From Cetorhinus maximus (lineage: Eukaryota), in contig NC_135891.1 of assembly GCF_964194155.1 (NCBI RefSeq), positions 24,676,001-24,740,000 on the forward strand: DNA of 64,000 nt, given 5' to 3'. Made by a program: the position numbers and the translations under genes. Shown in pieces: positions 27,232 to 40,635 of this stretch. The notes beneath the pieces are model-generated. The model did no database searches. It saw nothing but the letters and a program-made list of their open reading frames with translations, and was not told the DNA's origin. Numbering within the stretch: the stretch's first letter is position 1; each line of letters begins with the position of its first letter.

Positions 27232-27659
27232 AGAAGCATATGTCGCATAACCAATTATTTTGGATATAACTGCTTTATACAACACTTGTTGTTACCCAGG
27301 GCAATGATTACTGAGCTGTGTCATATTGTAGCGCTCCAACTATCAATCCATCAGGAGCACAGCTCAGACTGTGGCTACTAAAGTGACCACAGGCATAAAT
27401 CTCTAAGCATCAGGGGTCTTTCAAGCTGCCATTTGGAATCTGACCAGACTAAGCTGTTTCTCAATGTATCAACTCATTCCCAACTCTCAGGAGCTCTGCT
27501 GAGCTCCACGTTGTGCAGTTTGACAGTGAGAAGCAATAAATTAAAGCAAAGCTGCATTCGTATCCCTAGTTTTACGAGGGTGCAGGAGATTATTGATTGC
27601 ACATGTGTTTATCAGTCTAGACTGTACCATAGACAAAATCGAAAAGGACATTAAATCAA

Positions 27660-27840
27660 AGCAAAGAAAGGCTTTCATTTATTTAGCCATTTTCAACACC
27701 CCAGGAAGACCTAAAGCACTTAGTAGCCAGCAAAATACCTTCAAAGTGTAGTCACTCTTGTTATTTAGGAAAGCATGATGGTCAATTTGCACACAAAAAG
27801 CTCTTGCAAAAAGCATTGCAATAATGACAAAATAGTCAGT
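27660..27840 (-). mobile_element. DeuSINE/L2-tail fragment
   Basis: Reverse complement of the tail seen at 20560-20710. Confidence 0.55.
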
Positions 27841-27899
27841 TGAAAAGGACAGGGTCCTGTTTGTGAATATATGTAGCTTCTAACACATGTAAGTGAATC

Positions 27900-28370
27900 A
27901 CACTGTGAATCCATCTGATAATCTTAAATGGGTTGTCAGTTAGGTGCTGAAATATGGTGCATCAACGTCATCCTGCTGGATAATGGCTACTCTAATCATA
28001 TCATTGCTTGCGGTATATCTCACAAACCCATGAATGGGCCTAAGGCAGCCACTTTTGGTCCTGCAAAGTGCCCATTCTACCCCAGGTTACAGGTGAAGCT
28101 AGCCATTTCATGCTGCTACTAAGCAGTAGAAACACAAATGGTATTCAGAATGCTGCCATCAAGACAAAGAGATGTTCTGCCTAGCACGCAAGTGAGTAAT
28201 GTGGTATATGAATTTCAGTGCCGGTATCATGTCAGGTATGTTAGCTGTGTATCCGAATGATTGTTGGGTCATAGCAAACAGCATGTACCTTCGGCTGGTC
28301 ACAACAGCCAAAGCACTGATCATATCCAACAAGCCTATGCTGGCAAAACTCAAAACACTTATAAAATCAT
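27900..28370 (+). mobile_element. Penelope-like element fragment (RT C-terminus and GIY-YIG endonuclease)
   Basis: ILLDNGYSNHII and DVLPSTQVSNVVYEFQCRYHVRYVSCVSE*LLGHSKQHVP resemble PLE NGYP and SNVVY.F.C.C...YVG.T...L..RI.QH motifs. Confidence 0.75.
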
Positions 28371-28409
28371 AAAATGATACAGAAGGAGGCCATTTGCACC
28401 ATTGTCCCT

Positions 28410-28415
<6 letters not shown>

Positions 28416-28443
<28 letters not shown>
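28416..28443. repeat. (CT)n microsatellite
   Basis: Pure CT run. Confidence 0.95.
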
Positions 28444-28499
28444 CTTTGCCTCAATCCCAAGAGGATAGTCATCAGCTGGCCATGAGACAGTTGGCAAGC

Positions 28500-28700
28500 G
28501 TGGGTTTGATCCCTCACAGTGCAACTCATCATAAGAGGCTCGAGTACATTGCTATCATCCTCCTGACCACAGAAAGAACACCTTGCATACTCCATCAAAT
28601 AATGGTCACACAAGATGGAGATGTGAGGCTTCAGGAGTACAGCTTTTCTTCTGCAACTCAATCATGGCACACAACAAATCTGGATATATGAGTTGGTGCC
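28500..28700 (-). mobile_element. Possible non-LTR retrotransposon C-terminal CCHC zinc-knuckle remnant
   Basis: ARCSFCGQEDDSNVLEPLMMSC resembles C..C...E...H....C with the His lost. Confidence 0.3.
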
Positions 28701-29591
28701 GCCCTATCCTGAAAGTAACAGCATCCAGCAGCTGTCATTGCAAGTCTGAGCTTCCTCACAAGTTACATGATAGAATTTCCCTTCATCATGGTGCAAGGAC
28801 TTATCAGGCCAGTGGGCTATCTGTTGGGCACTTTTATGGTTCAGACCACAATGGCACACCAGTTTTCATGACATTAGGATAAGGAAAAAGAAGAGACACT
28901 TTACACTGGATTATTAGTGTGTGTGCATAATCCTGAAGAAGTACAAAGATTGCATCAGAAAACAGCCCAGACATTTAAATATTATCAAATCATGCAGTCG
29001 AATCATCGCGATGACCTTCACGTCATTTGTTGCCATTAGCATGGGTCCCAAGTAGGGTAAGAACATTCGTGTAAACTTTGAAAAGTTGTGCCCAAGATGA
29101 AAAGAAAGTTAAGCAGGTAGGCAGGAAATATCAGACCAAATCTTCTGTGGAGTGGCAATCATCATCGGATTGCCACTCTGCTCCTATTTTCTTACCTTAC
29201 ACTGGAGCTCCATATTTCTTGCCCAACTTTCCGTTCCAGGCCTGCTGAGAAACGTGGAGGGTACCTGCTCCTGGAGTCCTTCTCTCGTGGTGTAGGAGCG
29301 TCGGGATAGTAAAGCCATTCCCCCTTTTTACAGCACTGGCAACCATATTCCAGTCAGTTTAAATGTCCCAGCCACTTTGACAAGCGAGGAAAGAAGGTAA
29401 CTGTGTAAGGCCAGAGATTGCAGAGGGTAGGGTGGGTCTGGGGAAATGGGTGGAGGTTGAGTGATCGGGGGTGGGTCAGATGCTCTGGGGGTGGGGAGGG
29501 TAGTTGGGTGGTTGGGGGGACTGGGGATTAGTCGGGGGTGGGGAGTTCTGGGGATAGGGGTTTAGGGGTTCGGGCAGGTAATCAGGGGGTG

Positions 29592-32500
29592 TGTTGGCTT
29601 CACCATGTTCTTGGGGTCTAGATGAGGCTCTTGGGAGTTTGTTTATTTTCCCTAAGTAAGCTACTTAAAACTGTAGTTTGTTAAAGCCATTATAATTTAT
29701 TTACAGCTCCATATACATCTTAAGAACTATGCTCTAGGTTTGACCTCTCCTCCTTCCAGATCTCTGTTATTTGGTTATGTGTCATTACATCATAGTTACA
29801 TCAGCACCAGATGCTTCTGATGTTAACCCTTTACTCTACATCTCCCCCAAGTCTTTAGCCCAACTATATACTTCCTCCTACACCTCCCCACAAAGTCTAA
29901 CTTCACAGGGTTAGTCTCTGAGGTGCCTTGACCAATCTCCCTGGTCCTGTTCCGATCTCTTTCTGAGGCCGAGAACATTCTGCACTCTCCCTTCATTTCA
30001 TATGCGTGTCCTTCTCCTGGGGGCTGTAGAGCTTTGTCTTGTTTTTTGTTCCTTATCTCCGTCTGGATCCGAATAGTAAGCCCAAGTTTCTGTTGGCTTT
30101 CTATCCGAGGATATTAAGGCTGTGTGGTTTCTCCTTATATTTTGCTGGTCCATCTCAATCCTGTAACATCTCTGTTGTAGAGCTCTTTCTGTTATTACTT
30201 GGCCTCATACCCACACACTCTCACTGATAAGTCTCATGCTCTGTGCCTGAAGTTGAAGCTATGAGCCTGTTTGTGTCTCTGTTCTGCCTCTTGCTTTTTA
30301 ACTCTCTCATGGTATTCACGGATATATTTGGTTCCAGTTTCCTTTGCAGAACCAAAGGTTGTTTTCTCAGTTGTCTTCCCATTAACAATTCTGATGATGA
30401 CAACCCATTTTGAAGTGGTGAGGTTCAATAGCTGTCATGGCACAGTGGATGGTAAATGCTGAACTGCTCAAATCTCAGAGGGAAACTTGAAACAGCTGCC
30501 ACAACTGTTTTGCAATTGCATTGTTATTTCGAGATGCGTGCTTTGAATTTAGTAGTAATGAGCCCACCAAGACTTAAAAAAGGTTTTTTACAAAACTAAA
30601 TTAAACATTTATTAATAGAAGATGTTTTAAGCACGTACAAAGGTCTACAAATTACTGCTATAACTCCTAAATCTCCTAATTAACCTAGCTCCCATTAAGG
30701 CAACAGGAAAACAACAAAGATTTCAACAGACCCAAGCAAAGCACACAATACCCTGGACAGTGATATTCAAAGCGAATTTTCTTAGCTTCGGTTCCTGTAG
30801 ACAGCAGCTTGATACATAGAGGTTGGAGGCTTTTCACACTTGTTCAATCTTAGAATTCCTTCTGCTTGCAGAACCCCAGCTCCTTTATCCATGTTTCCCC
30901 ATTTTTAGTGTAAATCCCATTGTTCCAATATGTCTTTGCAACTTTACTTTTTCCATAATAGAAATCTTTCATAGCACTCACATTATCAGTAATCTTTGGG
31001 GAAAATAAACACACTGTTTGTCTTAGCCTCTTATGGCTAGGTGTAACACCTTCCCATCGCTTTGAAATTCACTTCTCTGGTTTATCTGAAAATGCAAATG
31101 CTCTTCACACCTCACATTCTAAAACTTCAGCCATGATTACATATTTAACATTTCAAACCTAGCTTCTCTTTTGATAACTCAAAAGCTCCAGGCTAGCTGC
31201 CGGCAATTCAATTAAAACCTCCACACACGCACAACCTCACACAGAGAAACTAATCCAAAACCCACTATTAACCTACCTTTACAATAAATCACAATAATAT
31301 TATGAAAATTATTATACTTTCATGACATTAAGCAGGCTGAGTTGAGATCTTCATTCATCTTCATCGCTTCTTTGGTTTGAACACCTCTCTCAGCTTCTCC
31401 ATTCACTTGAGGATACCAAGGTGAGATAGTCACCTGAATGAATCCATATTTTTCTCAAAGTTGTGGAATAATTCATTAACAGGCTGTGGACCATTGTCTG
31501 ACACTACAATGTCCGGAATGCCATGTGTTGCATAGATTCTCTTCAGTGAGAAAATGACTGCTACCACCATGATGCTGTTCAGTCTGTTCACTTCAATCCA
31601 CCTGGAGTAATAATCAGTGACAATGAGGAATACCTTGCCTTTAACATCAAATAAACCCATTCCTGGGCACTCCTACAGTCTTGATGGAAAAGTGGAGGGT
31701 GAGAGTGGTTCCCTTTGCTTTTGGCTGTTCACTGCACACTTAAGGCAATTGAAAATTAGTTCTTCAATAAAATAAGTAATGCCTGGCCACCAGACTGATT
31801 GCTATCCCTGAGGGACCTTGAATTTTTTGGAGAATATCAAGTTGGTGAAGTGTTCTCGGAATGACTATTCTGTTATTAAAAACTAGGAGATCATCAATAA
31901 TTGTGAGGTGCTTTCTCTGGTCGAAGTATTGTCATAGTACTGGGTTGTTAGGAGTGTAGTCTGGTCATCCTTCCAGGCAGCATTCCTTTATCTGGACACA
32001 TTCATCATCTTACTGTTATACTTCTTTTATCTCTTGCAGCTTCTTTGCAGTAGCCAGTAGGTGTTTGGTAATGAATGATGTATATGCTTCTACCACCTCA
32101 ATGAAATTCAAATACTCTATTTTGGTTCCTTCAGCTGGTAATTTTGATAGTGCATCTGCCATCGTCTGGCACTTCCCTTGAACATACTCTGTTATTGAAT
32201 CATACCTCACTAGTCTCGATCTGAAGCGTTGAATTCTAGGCGGCATCTTCACAATCTCCTTTATGTTGAGATGAGTGACTAATGGCTTATGGTCAGCTTC
32301 AATTTTAAACAGCAATCCCATCGCATAGAGAACACTCTACGTTGCTTTCTGACCTAGTTTGCCTTTTGATTTGTACTGCCTCAATTAGAGTTAGATGTTC
32401 TATTTTTTGCAAAGCAACTGATAGAATTTAATCTCAGACCCCAACTATTATGCGATCATGAATCAAATCATCCTTTAATATTCCTTAGTTGCAATTCTTT

Positions 32501-33359
32501 TCAGGTCTGTAAATATCATTGATGATTGAACCAATGCTTTCAGTTGGCCTCTGATTTCACTTGTTAAATTTTTCCCATTCTATAATTAATCTTTTGCAAA
32601 TGCTGAAGCATGAATCAAATACCTGGAGGAACTAATGGTGAGAGCTTAAAGTCTCATAGACTCCCTGTCTCGCTATTACATCATCGGCAATAGCTCCAAC
32701 TGCACAGACTAAAGTACTGACCTGATTCTTTTGTTCCTTTTTGTGCAAACCAGAAACAGTTCTATATCTGGAAAATCTCATTCTCCAGTTGTCCCAGTGC
32801 TAAGTGTATCACGAGCCTTCAGCGCTTTGGAAAGATTCTGGGAATGGCACTGTAGATTCTATGCTTGGATCAGGCTCTGGACTTGTTGCTGCTTTACTAC
32901 TGTTGCTTGGTGATTCTGATTTGTACTGACTGTTGTCCAAGCTCTGTGCCTGTGTCTCAGCTTGTGTCTGCTGCACCCATAATGCTCCAACATTTTGGTG
33001 AGTCTTTAACCTGCTCCTTTCTGCATTCTTTCAAGGATCTAGAGGCTTGACAGGTCTGTAATCTTTTGGAGTATTTTGGGTTGTTTATCCACTGTTTGTT
33101 GCCTTGTTGCCACCATGTTTTGTCATGTTTCAGGATCTAGATGAGAATCTTCAGGTTTGTCTGTTTTCCCCAAGTAAACTACTCAATACTGCAGTTTGTT
33201 AAAAACCATTATTATTTATTTATAGTTCTATGTACATCTTAGAAACTCTGCATGAGGTTGAACTTCTCCTCCCTCCAGATCTCTGTTACTTGGCCATGTG
33301 TCATTACATCATCATTACATGAGCATCAGGTGCTTCTGATGTTAACCCTTTACTCTACA
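29592..33359 (-). mobile_element. Gypsy LTR retrotransposon, deleted and decayed
   Basis: LTRs 29592-29840 and 33116-33359 ending ttaaccctttactctaca; PBS-like tggtggcaacaagg and PPT gggggaga on minus; approximate TSD GGTG/GGTA; RNase H end (EADHKPLV, MPPRIQRF) and integrase (VTDYYSRWIEV, HGIPDIVVSDNGPQ, ELLMGRQLR). Confidence 0.93.
30433..31327 (-). mobile_element. Solo LTR-like insertion (895 bp) inside Gypsy integrase
   Basis: Termini TGTCATG...CATGACA; integrase reading frame resumes on either side; minus-strand AATAAA near 30608; TSD not evident. Confidence 0.75.
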
Positions 33360-33939
33360 GGTAGGGAGGTAGTTGGGGGTTAGTTGACTGGTTGGGGGAG
33401 GGGCCGGGTGGTCTGGGGGGGTCGGGTGATCAAGGTGGATGTGGGTAGTCGGGGGTTGGGGTAGGTAGTTAAGGGGTCAGGAGGGTATTGGGGTGGGGGT
33501 GTGGTCATGTGGTAGTCATGGTTTAGGGTTAGTCGGGGTGGGTGTCAAGGGAGGGTCGGGGTGTGGTTTTCGAGGGTCATCACAGGGTCTAGTAGGAGGT
33601 CATGAGGAGGCCAATAGTATAATTACCCAGGAATTAGAACTGGTTTTAATCCTTCTAACTTTTCCTAACTATTCCGCTAAGTAAGCTGGAGTCATCTGAA
33701 GTCTCCAACTTTAAATCAGGGTTTCAGAGGGTTCTAGTCGGTGGGTAATTGCCCAACAGAATTTGAAACTTCCCAGGCAATTTCCATGTACTCCTTGTCT
33801 GAGGACCTCTGAAGGGTACCCCAGTACATCTTCGGGGGTACTTTCAGGGTACGACCATCCGGAGAATGGAAGATTTGGGCCATCATTTTGCTGTAATTCT
33901 TTGTGGAAAATTACTTCAATCTATCATGCAAATTAATTC

Positions 33940-34780
33940 AAAAGAAAGAAAGTCTTACATTTATATAGTGCCTTTTAGGGCCACCGGAAGTCCTGAGGTG
34001 CTTTACAACAAATGAAGTGGAGTTACTCCACCACCGACGCACGGTCGCAGCAGTGTGTACCATCTACAAGATGCACTGCAGAAACTCACCAATACTTTTT
34101 AGACAGCACCTTCCATACCCACGACCACTACCATCTAGAAGGACAAAGGCAGCAGATACATGGGAACACCACCACCTGGAAGTTCCTCTCCAAACCACTC
34201 ACCACCCTCACTTGGAAATATATCATCGTTCCTTCACTGTTGCTGGGTCAAAATCCTGGAATTCCCTCCTTAACAGCACTGTGGGTGTGCCTACATCGCA
34301 GGGACTGCAGTGGTTCAAGACGACAGCTCACCACCACCTTCTCAGGGGTAATTAGGGATGGGTAATAAATGCTTGATCAGCCAGTAATGCCCATATCCTA
34401 TAAATGGATTAAAAAACACTGTTGTGATGTGGAAAACACAGTTGCCAATTTGTGCAGAGCAAGCTCCCAAAAACAGCAAAGTGATGATGACCAGATTTTG
34501 TGATATTAACTGAGGCCTAAGTGTTGGCTAACCGACCAGCAATAACTCCCTTGCTCTTCTTCGAAATACTGACAATGAAATCTTTTACCTCCACCTGAGC
34601 GAGGGTAGACAGGTCCTGGACTGAACACCTAACCTTAGAGATGGCACCTCAGCTTCAGCTTCTGTCTCAGTACTGCACTGGAGTATCAGCCTTCATTTTT
34701 ATGCACAAATCTTAGACTTGAACACACAACGTTCTGCCACAGAGGCGAAAGTGCTGCCAACTATGTCACAGCTGACACTT
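33940..34780 (-). mobile_element. DeuSINE-like element split by a LINE fragment
   Basis: Tail at 33940-34018 and body/head at 34416-34780 are the reverse complement of 20366-20710 and 43440-43815. Confidence 0.7.
34019..34415 (+). mobile_element. 3' end of a CR1-clade LINE distinct from the main CR1 family
   Basis: HHRRTVAAVCTIYKMH...RRTK...SFTVAGSKSWNSL...FKTTAHHHLL then short 3' UTR and A-rich tail. Confidence 0.8.
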
Positions 34781-35715
34781 TGACAGTTGTGCAGTTAGGT
34801 TATATCATAAGGGATCAATAGATATGAATGACTGTTTCCAACTGTGTATTTTCTCAGTTATTAAATTTCCTCTTTGCATACTGAAGTTCCACTATACTTA
34901 TTTTATAATGATGGAAAGGAGAGTGGTGAGGAAGACCTTCTAAATGCAAGGCAAAATTGTAAAATAGCATTTATTCTGCCAAGAAAATATAAGGGTCCTG
35001 TCACAATTATGTGGACTTAATTGAGGAGAAGTGTCTTTGGAGGCTCTGATTTGTGGTTTACTCTAGTCATCACCATCTCTCTATCATTTTGTGCTACCTT
35101 ATCCTACAAAACTGGATTCATGTATTGAATGGATCACATCATGAGCATGTCATATTCTGAAACCCAAGTGTACAAGTGGCATCAATAGATTTTACAAAGA
35201 CATTGATACAACATGAAGAAGCTGTACATGGCAGGATCCTGTCTTCTGCAATGTCCTAGTGAAAGGTCGAAAATGAATTAGGAAGTGCAATGTGAACTCT
35301 AATGAGATATGTGGAAATCTGAAGACATACTGAAGGAATGCTTAAGTAGGAAGCAAGAGTTCCTGCTAGCAATAGTTCCTGCAATGCCTAAATATGTAAT
35401 AGCAGTTTTTGCTTTGACGTTCCAGTGAAGTCATTGTACTTTTTACAAGACTTCATCTTCTGTGCAGTGGTACGGGCATTGACCTAATTATCTGCCTCCT
35501 TTCATGCTCTGTGGCCCACACTTTTGTTAAGCCACACACTAATGGTGAGCACCAATTTGGAGGCCTGTCTCTTACGCTTTGTAATATAATTGGGTGAACC
35601 TGTGTGCAAGTTAAGTGATGTTTATTTTGGCTTTGTCTAAATTGTGCATTACCTGACTTAAGGCTGAGATGAGGGACCTCATATGAATACTTTGTCAAAG
35701 TGATTGTCATTCCTG

Positions 35716-36022
35716 ATAAAAACAGGAAATACTGGAAGCATTCAACTGGCAATGTTTGTGGAGAGACAAATAAAGTTAACATTTCAGGTCATTGACTTAT
35801 CATCAGAATAGGAAAAAGTTAAATATGTAACATGTTCGAAGCACGACTAGAGACAGGGAAAAGTGGGAGGGGAGGAAGGAAGGAACAAAAGGGCAGGTCT
35901 CTAATAGGGTGGCAAACAGGAGGCATTAAATGACAAGAAGGGGTGGTGGCACAAAACAAAAGGGGGAGATAATGGGACATGTAAAGAAGCAAAAAGGGAT
36001 GACTAGAGGAGGTGTGAATGGG
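35716..36022 (-). mobile_element. Penelope-like element 3' end with degenerate hammerhead motif
   Basis: Similar to 60520-60620; minus strand of 35774-35810 reads ctgatgataagtcaatgacctgaaatgttaact. Confidence 0.65.
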
Positions 36023-36979
36023 AACGTTTCTTGTGAGGCTGACCCCTCCTGCAGAGCGCTCAGTGACAAGTCAATGTAGGCCAGAGCTTTTATCACAAAT
36101 GTATTTCACAGCTAGGACCTGGATCTTGCACATGGGCTGGAGAAAATCCTCCCATTGCATATGTAAGAGTGCTAAACCGTGAAGGACTATTTGGACATAT
36201 ATCTAAAAGGCCGGAATATAACCCTGCAGTGGGACTTTGCTGTCATTGAAGAAAAATGAGAAAGATCAGAGTGCCCTTTGTTCCTTTTCATCAAAGTCCC
36301 AAAGGATTGTGTTTTGGCTAGAGCTGGCATCCACCAGACAAAGTGCAGATATAAATCAGCAATTAGGACAGAAGAAACTTTTATCTTCCTATCAGTTAAT
36401 ATGGATGGACTGAAATAAAAAGCTATGATAAAGTAAGTTTAAAGGACAATATTCGGGTGTACAATGTATCATCCTATCAAAGATCATAACAGAGTTAACT
36501 AACTGGTATTCAGACTTTGTAAAGAGGATTTTTGGGGCTAGAAAAGCAATTTCAAATTGGTGTCAAGTTTATTAGAAACTAGTACAACAACTAGCACCTG
36601 TTACATAAGATTGTGACAGGAGAGAGCAAGTTAATGTGTTTTTAAAATTGAATTTTGATAGACAATTGTCAACACTATTTTGGATCTTTATATTGTGTTC
36701 TTACTAAGTCTAGTTTTTCACTTTTGCTCAAAGTAGATTTATATTATGCTTTCGCTAACTGATCTAAGAGTTACTAATTGCAAATGATTTGCAAAATTAG
36801 CCAGTCCTTTTATAACATGTTTTGTTTTATTTCAAATTAATATCAATTTCGGGCAGATGTAATTGAATCACCCCCTGTCTCAACTCATTAATTTCTGGGA
36901 GGGAAGTCTGCCACTAGTTAGTGGATTTTCAACTCTTAAATTTTTGGACAATCTCCAAACGTCAATTTTTTTCAAAAAG

Positions 36980-37314
36980 TTCATTCATGGGATGTGGGCA
37001 TCGCTGGCCAGGCCAGCATTTATTGCCCATCCCTAACCCCTTGTTTAGAGAGTATTTAGGAGTCAACCACATTGCTGTGGGTCTGGAGTCACATGTACGC
37101 CAGATCAGGTAAGGACAGCAGATTTCCTTCCCTAAAGGACATTAGCGAACCAGATGGGTTTTTACAACAATCGACAATGGTTTCATGGTCCATATTTTTA
37201 TCAAATTCAAATTCCACCATCTACCATGGTGGGATTCGAACTCCGGTCCCCAGAGCATTACCCTGGGCTTCTGGATTACTAGCCCAGCGACAATACCGCT
37301 CCGCCACCATCTCC
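36980..37314 (-). mobile_element. tRNA-derived SINE (same family as 23090-23476)
   Basis: Colinear reverse complement; B box appears as ggattcgaact on +. Confidence 0.85.
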
Positions 37315-37939
37315 TCATCCAATAAGGATGCTGGGGACAAATTGCAGATACAAATGTGGTACTGAATTAGATTTGGGGCTAGGAAATGCCCAGATGAATG
37401 TATCCATTGACCATCTGCTATTTTGGAGATAAGAAATCTTGAAACCTCAAACTAAGATTTTTCATAATTTTGCAGCTGTCTATTTGAAATGTTTTCTGCA
37501 TTGCAACTAGATTTGCAGAGGAACAGACAGTGACTGGAAGACTGGTGATAAGCTCATAATGGTCCGAGGGAAATTGATGTCCTTTTAATTATTTCAGGGC
37601 AGTTAAAACAATTCTATTGCCTCTGGTTTTAAAAACAGTTTAAGTGACTCAGTCAAGATGCAGGAATATGAAGTAAGATATTTGATACCCACATACTAGA
37701 AAAAAAATAATATTTAAATTAGAATCTTTAGAAAAAAACGTCTAAAACATCAAGGTCAACAATGTCCTTTGTGAGATATGAGATTACTTCATACTGTGAT
37801 TGATTTCATCCCTAAATTCCACAGTGAGTGGATGTGCACCAGTATAATTGACTATTGAACCCACTTTCTTTATAATGATACCAACAGATTTTAGCCTAAA
37901 AACTACTGTTGATATTAGCAAACATTTAGTGCATTGATA

Positions 37940-38362
37940 CGCTGTGAGGAAAGACTGGGGTTGTTTTCCTTGGAACAGCGAAGGTTGAGAGGAAACCTGA
38001 TGGAGGTGTATAAGATTGAGGGCCATAGATGGAATGGATAGCAGGGCACTTTTTTCATTAGTAAAGGAGTCAATAACCAGGGGGCAGAGATTCAAGGTAA
38101 GAGGTAGAAGGCTAAGAGGGGACTTGAGGAGAATTTTTTTCACCCAGAGGGTGGTGGGAGTCTGGAACTCACTGCCTGAAAGGGTAGTTGAGTTAGAAAC
38201 TCTCGTAACATTTAAGAAGTATTTAAATATTCACTTGCATTGCCATAGCCTCCAGGGCTATGGGCTAAGTACTGGAAAATGTGATTAGTGTAGTCAGATC
38301 TTTGTTGACCGGTGCGGACATGATGGGCAGAATGGTCTCCTTCTGTGCTGTAAATGTCTATG
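37940..38362 (+). mobile_element. CR1 3' fragment
   Basis: TRGQRFKVRGRRLRGDLRRIFFTQRVVGVWNSLPERVVE; terminal hairpin and tail. Confidence 0.9.
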
Positions 38363-39387
38363 AGATAAAAGATTCTTCTGAGCTCTATTCTAACAGGCAA
38401 AGGAATATTATGCTAACCTTTTAAGCTTTAACTCTTTCAGTACCTCAAGTTCTTGGGACACAAGCTTTTTTCATTCATCTTTGTAAGTAGAGTGATGATG
38501 GATTGAAGGTTGAACTATAGTTGTCAGTTTATAAAATATTATCTAGAAAATGTTAATTCTATAGATTACAGGGCAAGAGAACTTAGAAAACTGGCAAAAG
38601 TTAAGGTTTGTAAATAAAATGTGATCAATACCTAATGTTTGGAATGGTGTTATGCATATTTTAGTAGAAGCAAAACCTCTGGAATCATTTGAAAGCTCTG
38701 GGAAGATGGGAAGATTGTAGGATTTTATGGAAAGGTGATTTGGAATGGCTGAATGGCATCCCTCAACTGTAACTATCTGTGTGATGTTGTGTCTGCTGTG
38801 TTCCTGCTCTAATCATCTGTGACGATTCTTGACCTGGAGGCACCTTGCTTGCTACATGACAGATGGGATGTGTCCTGTTCCTCAGGTGTTTGCTTTGATA
38901 AACTTATTCATTCCTTTCCATCCTGTGCTCTCCCTTGAGTCACTGGAACTCAATGCCACCTCAATGGATACCACTATTGACACAACCCTGAAGAGGCGTT
39001 TGTTGTGTGGGACCTGAACCAATTATTTATTTAGATATTAATGTGTAAATTGTGATTTTAAGCATTTCGCCACATGATTGTCCGAAGAGCTATAATTTTA
39101 AACATTAATTTTCAAACTGAGTTAGATTTAATAAATTCAGATTCCTGATGCGGGAAGGTGTCAGAATTTGCAACATCTATCATTATATTTACTGTTCAAA
39201 CTTATGGAATGAAAACATGTAAAGACAGGGATTTGTTTGTATTCCATGTCTTTGATGTGTGTAAAAATGAATGGCATGACATATATCTGTACTGGAATTG
39301 TGCTGTTGGAATCAGAACAGTCAGTTGGTTTGATGCTGAAAATTTAGCCTAGTAAGGCTTCTTGCATTCTGCTTTTTATGAGACATA

Positions 39388-40635
39388 GGCAGGCAGAGAT
39401 TTTCTGTGTTCGCCGGCATCGGGCATATTCCGTGGCGTGAGCGGATATTATGGCGCGATTGGTTTCACGATGGCGTGAGCCAAGCTCACGATCGTCTGCT
39501 CAGCCCACCAATAGCAGGCCAAGTTCTCCGCCATCGGGCATCAGGAACCTCATTGGAATGCATCAGCAGATCATTATTAGGCAGCCCGCCGGAATTGACC
39601 CCCCCGCTAGATCATCCACCCATGTCGGCAGGAAAACACGCCCATGTGTTTTACAACAGCACATAAGTGACGTGCACTTGGCGGGCTGCACTTCGCTCGG
39701 GACTTCAAGGTTTGTTTGCCTACCTTGCTTCAGTCAGCACTCACGGTCATCAGCGCCAGGCCTCACAGACAGCACCATGTGACTTTTAGGGGGCTCACGG
39801 CAGATCTCTACCTACCAGATCAGCCATATGTGGGTGGCTTTTCAATGGCTGCAGGGCTAGGGCTTTCTTAGGGAAGGCGGAGAAGTGGCCTTAGGCAAGG
39901 GAAGAGGCTGCAGGATGATGGCTGTACTGGGGAAGGAAGATAGCCCAGGGTGCGTGTGGGGCACATGTTGATCTGTGCAAGTGGCCTTAAGATGGTGATG
40001 CCTGAGGAGGCAGTCTCCAGAGGAGATGAGGCCAGATGGACATGTGAAGGTATGTGTGTGAGAATGGGTGGTGATGTCCCTTAAGCTGGCAGTGTATGGA
40101 TGGGCTTGAGTGTGAGAGTTTAGAGTGATGAGATGGTTGCCATACCCTGGTTGCACGGATGAGATCATTCATCCTCTATCTACATTGGATGGCCAACCTC
40201 TTCTGTGCAGCATTGGCACTGATCACCACTGCCATCACTTACCAAGCCAGAGTGTTAATGTTGCTGCCCCTCCTGTGGCCAGAGCGGGGGTAGAGGACAT
40301 CACAGCGGGCCTCTACGGCATCCAAAGGGCGCTCAAGGGCTGCAGTCTTCTTGCCTTTTGGGGCCATGTCTTGTTTGCTACAGTCCTGGGCTGGAAGCAC
40401 TGAGCGCAGCTGTACTTTAAATGGGGTGCTTGGCGTGAGGAAACGGCGAGGTGAAGGCGTGGCAGGCGAATCTGAGTCCGCCCACCATGGAAACGGAGTA
40501 TTTCCCAGGAATGCATAAATAATGGGGTGGGCTTGGGACACTACAGCGTGAAAACCCGCCATCACGGCCAGCAAGTAAGTCATTGTTTTATTCACCCGCT
40601 ACTGCACTTAGTGGAAATCTGGGACGATTCTGCCG
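39388..40635 (-). mobile_element. Internally deleted Harbinger element with Myb/SANT-like exon remnant (copy 2)
   Basis: Colinear with 13593-14800; probable TSD ATA; MAPKGKKTAALERPLDAVEARCDVLYPRSG...TLAW...MNDLIRATR followed by a GTATGG donor-like site. Confidence 0.82.

Larger units (their letters stand above)
29133..33881. mobile_element. Harbinger-type G-rich MITE split by a Gypsy insertion
   Basis: TIRs agaccaaatctt / aagatttgggcc; TSD ATC; G-rich tract resumes on both sides of 29592-33359. Confidence 0.82.

Noticed and set aside
34900-35460. Very old RT remnant (VASIDFTK, MDHI-like words)
   Set aside because: Only isolated motif-like words; too decayed to delimit or classify by eye
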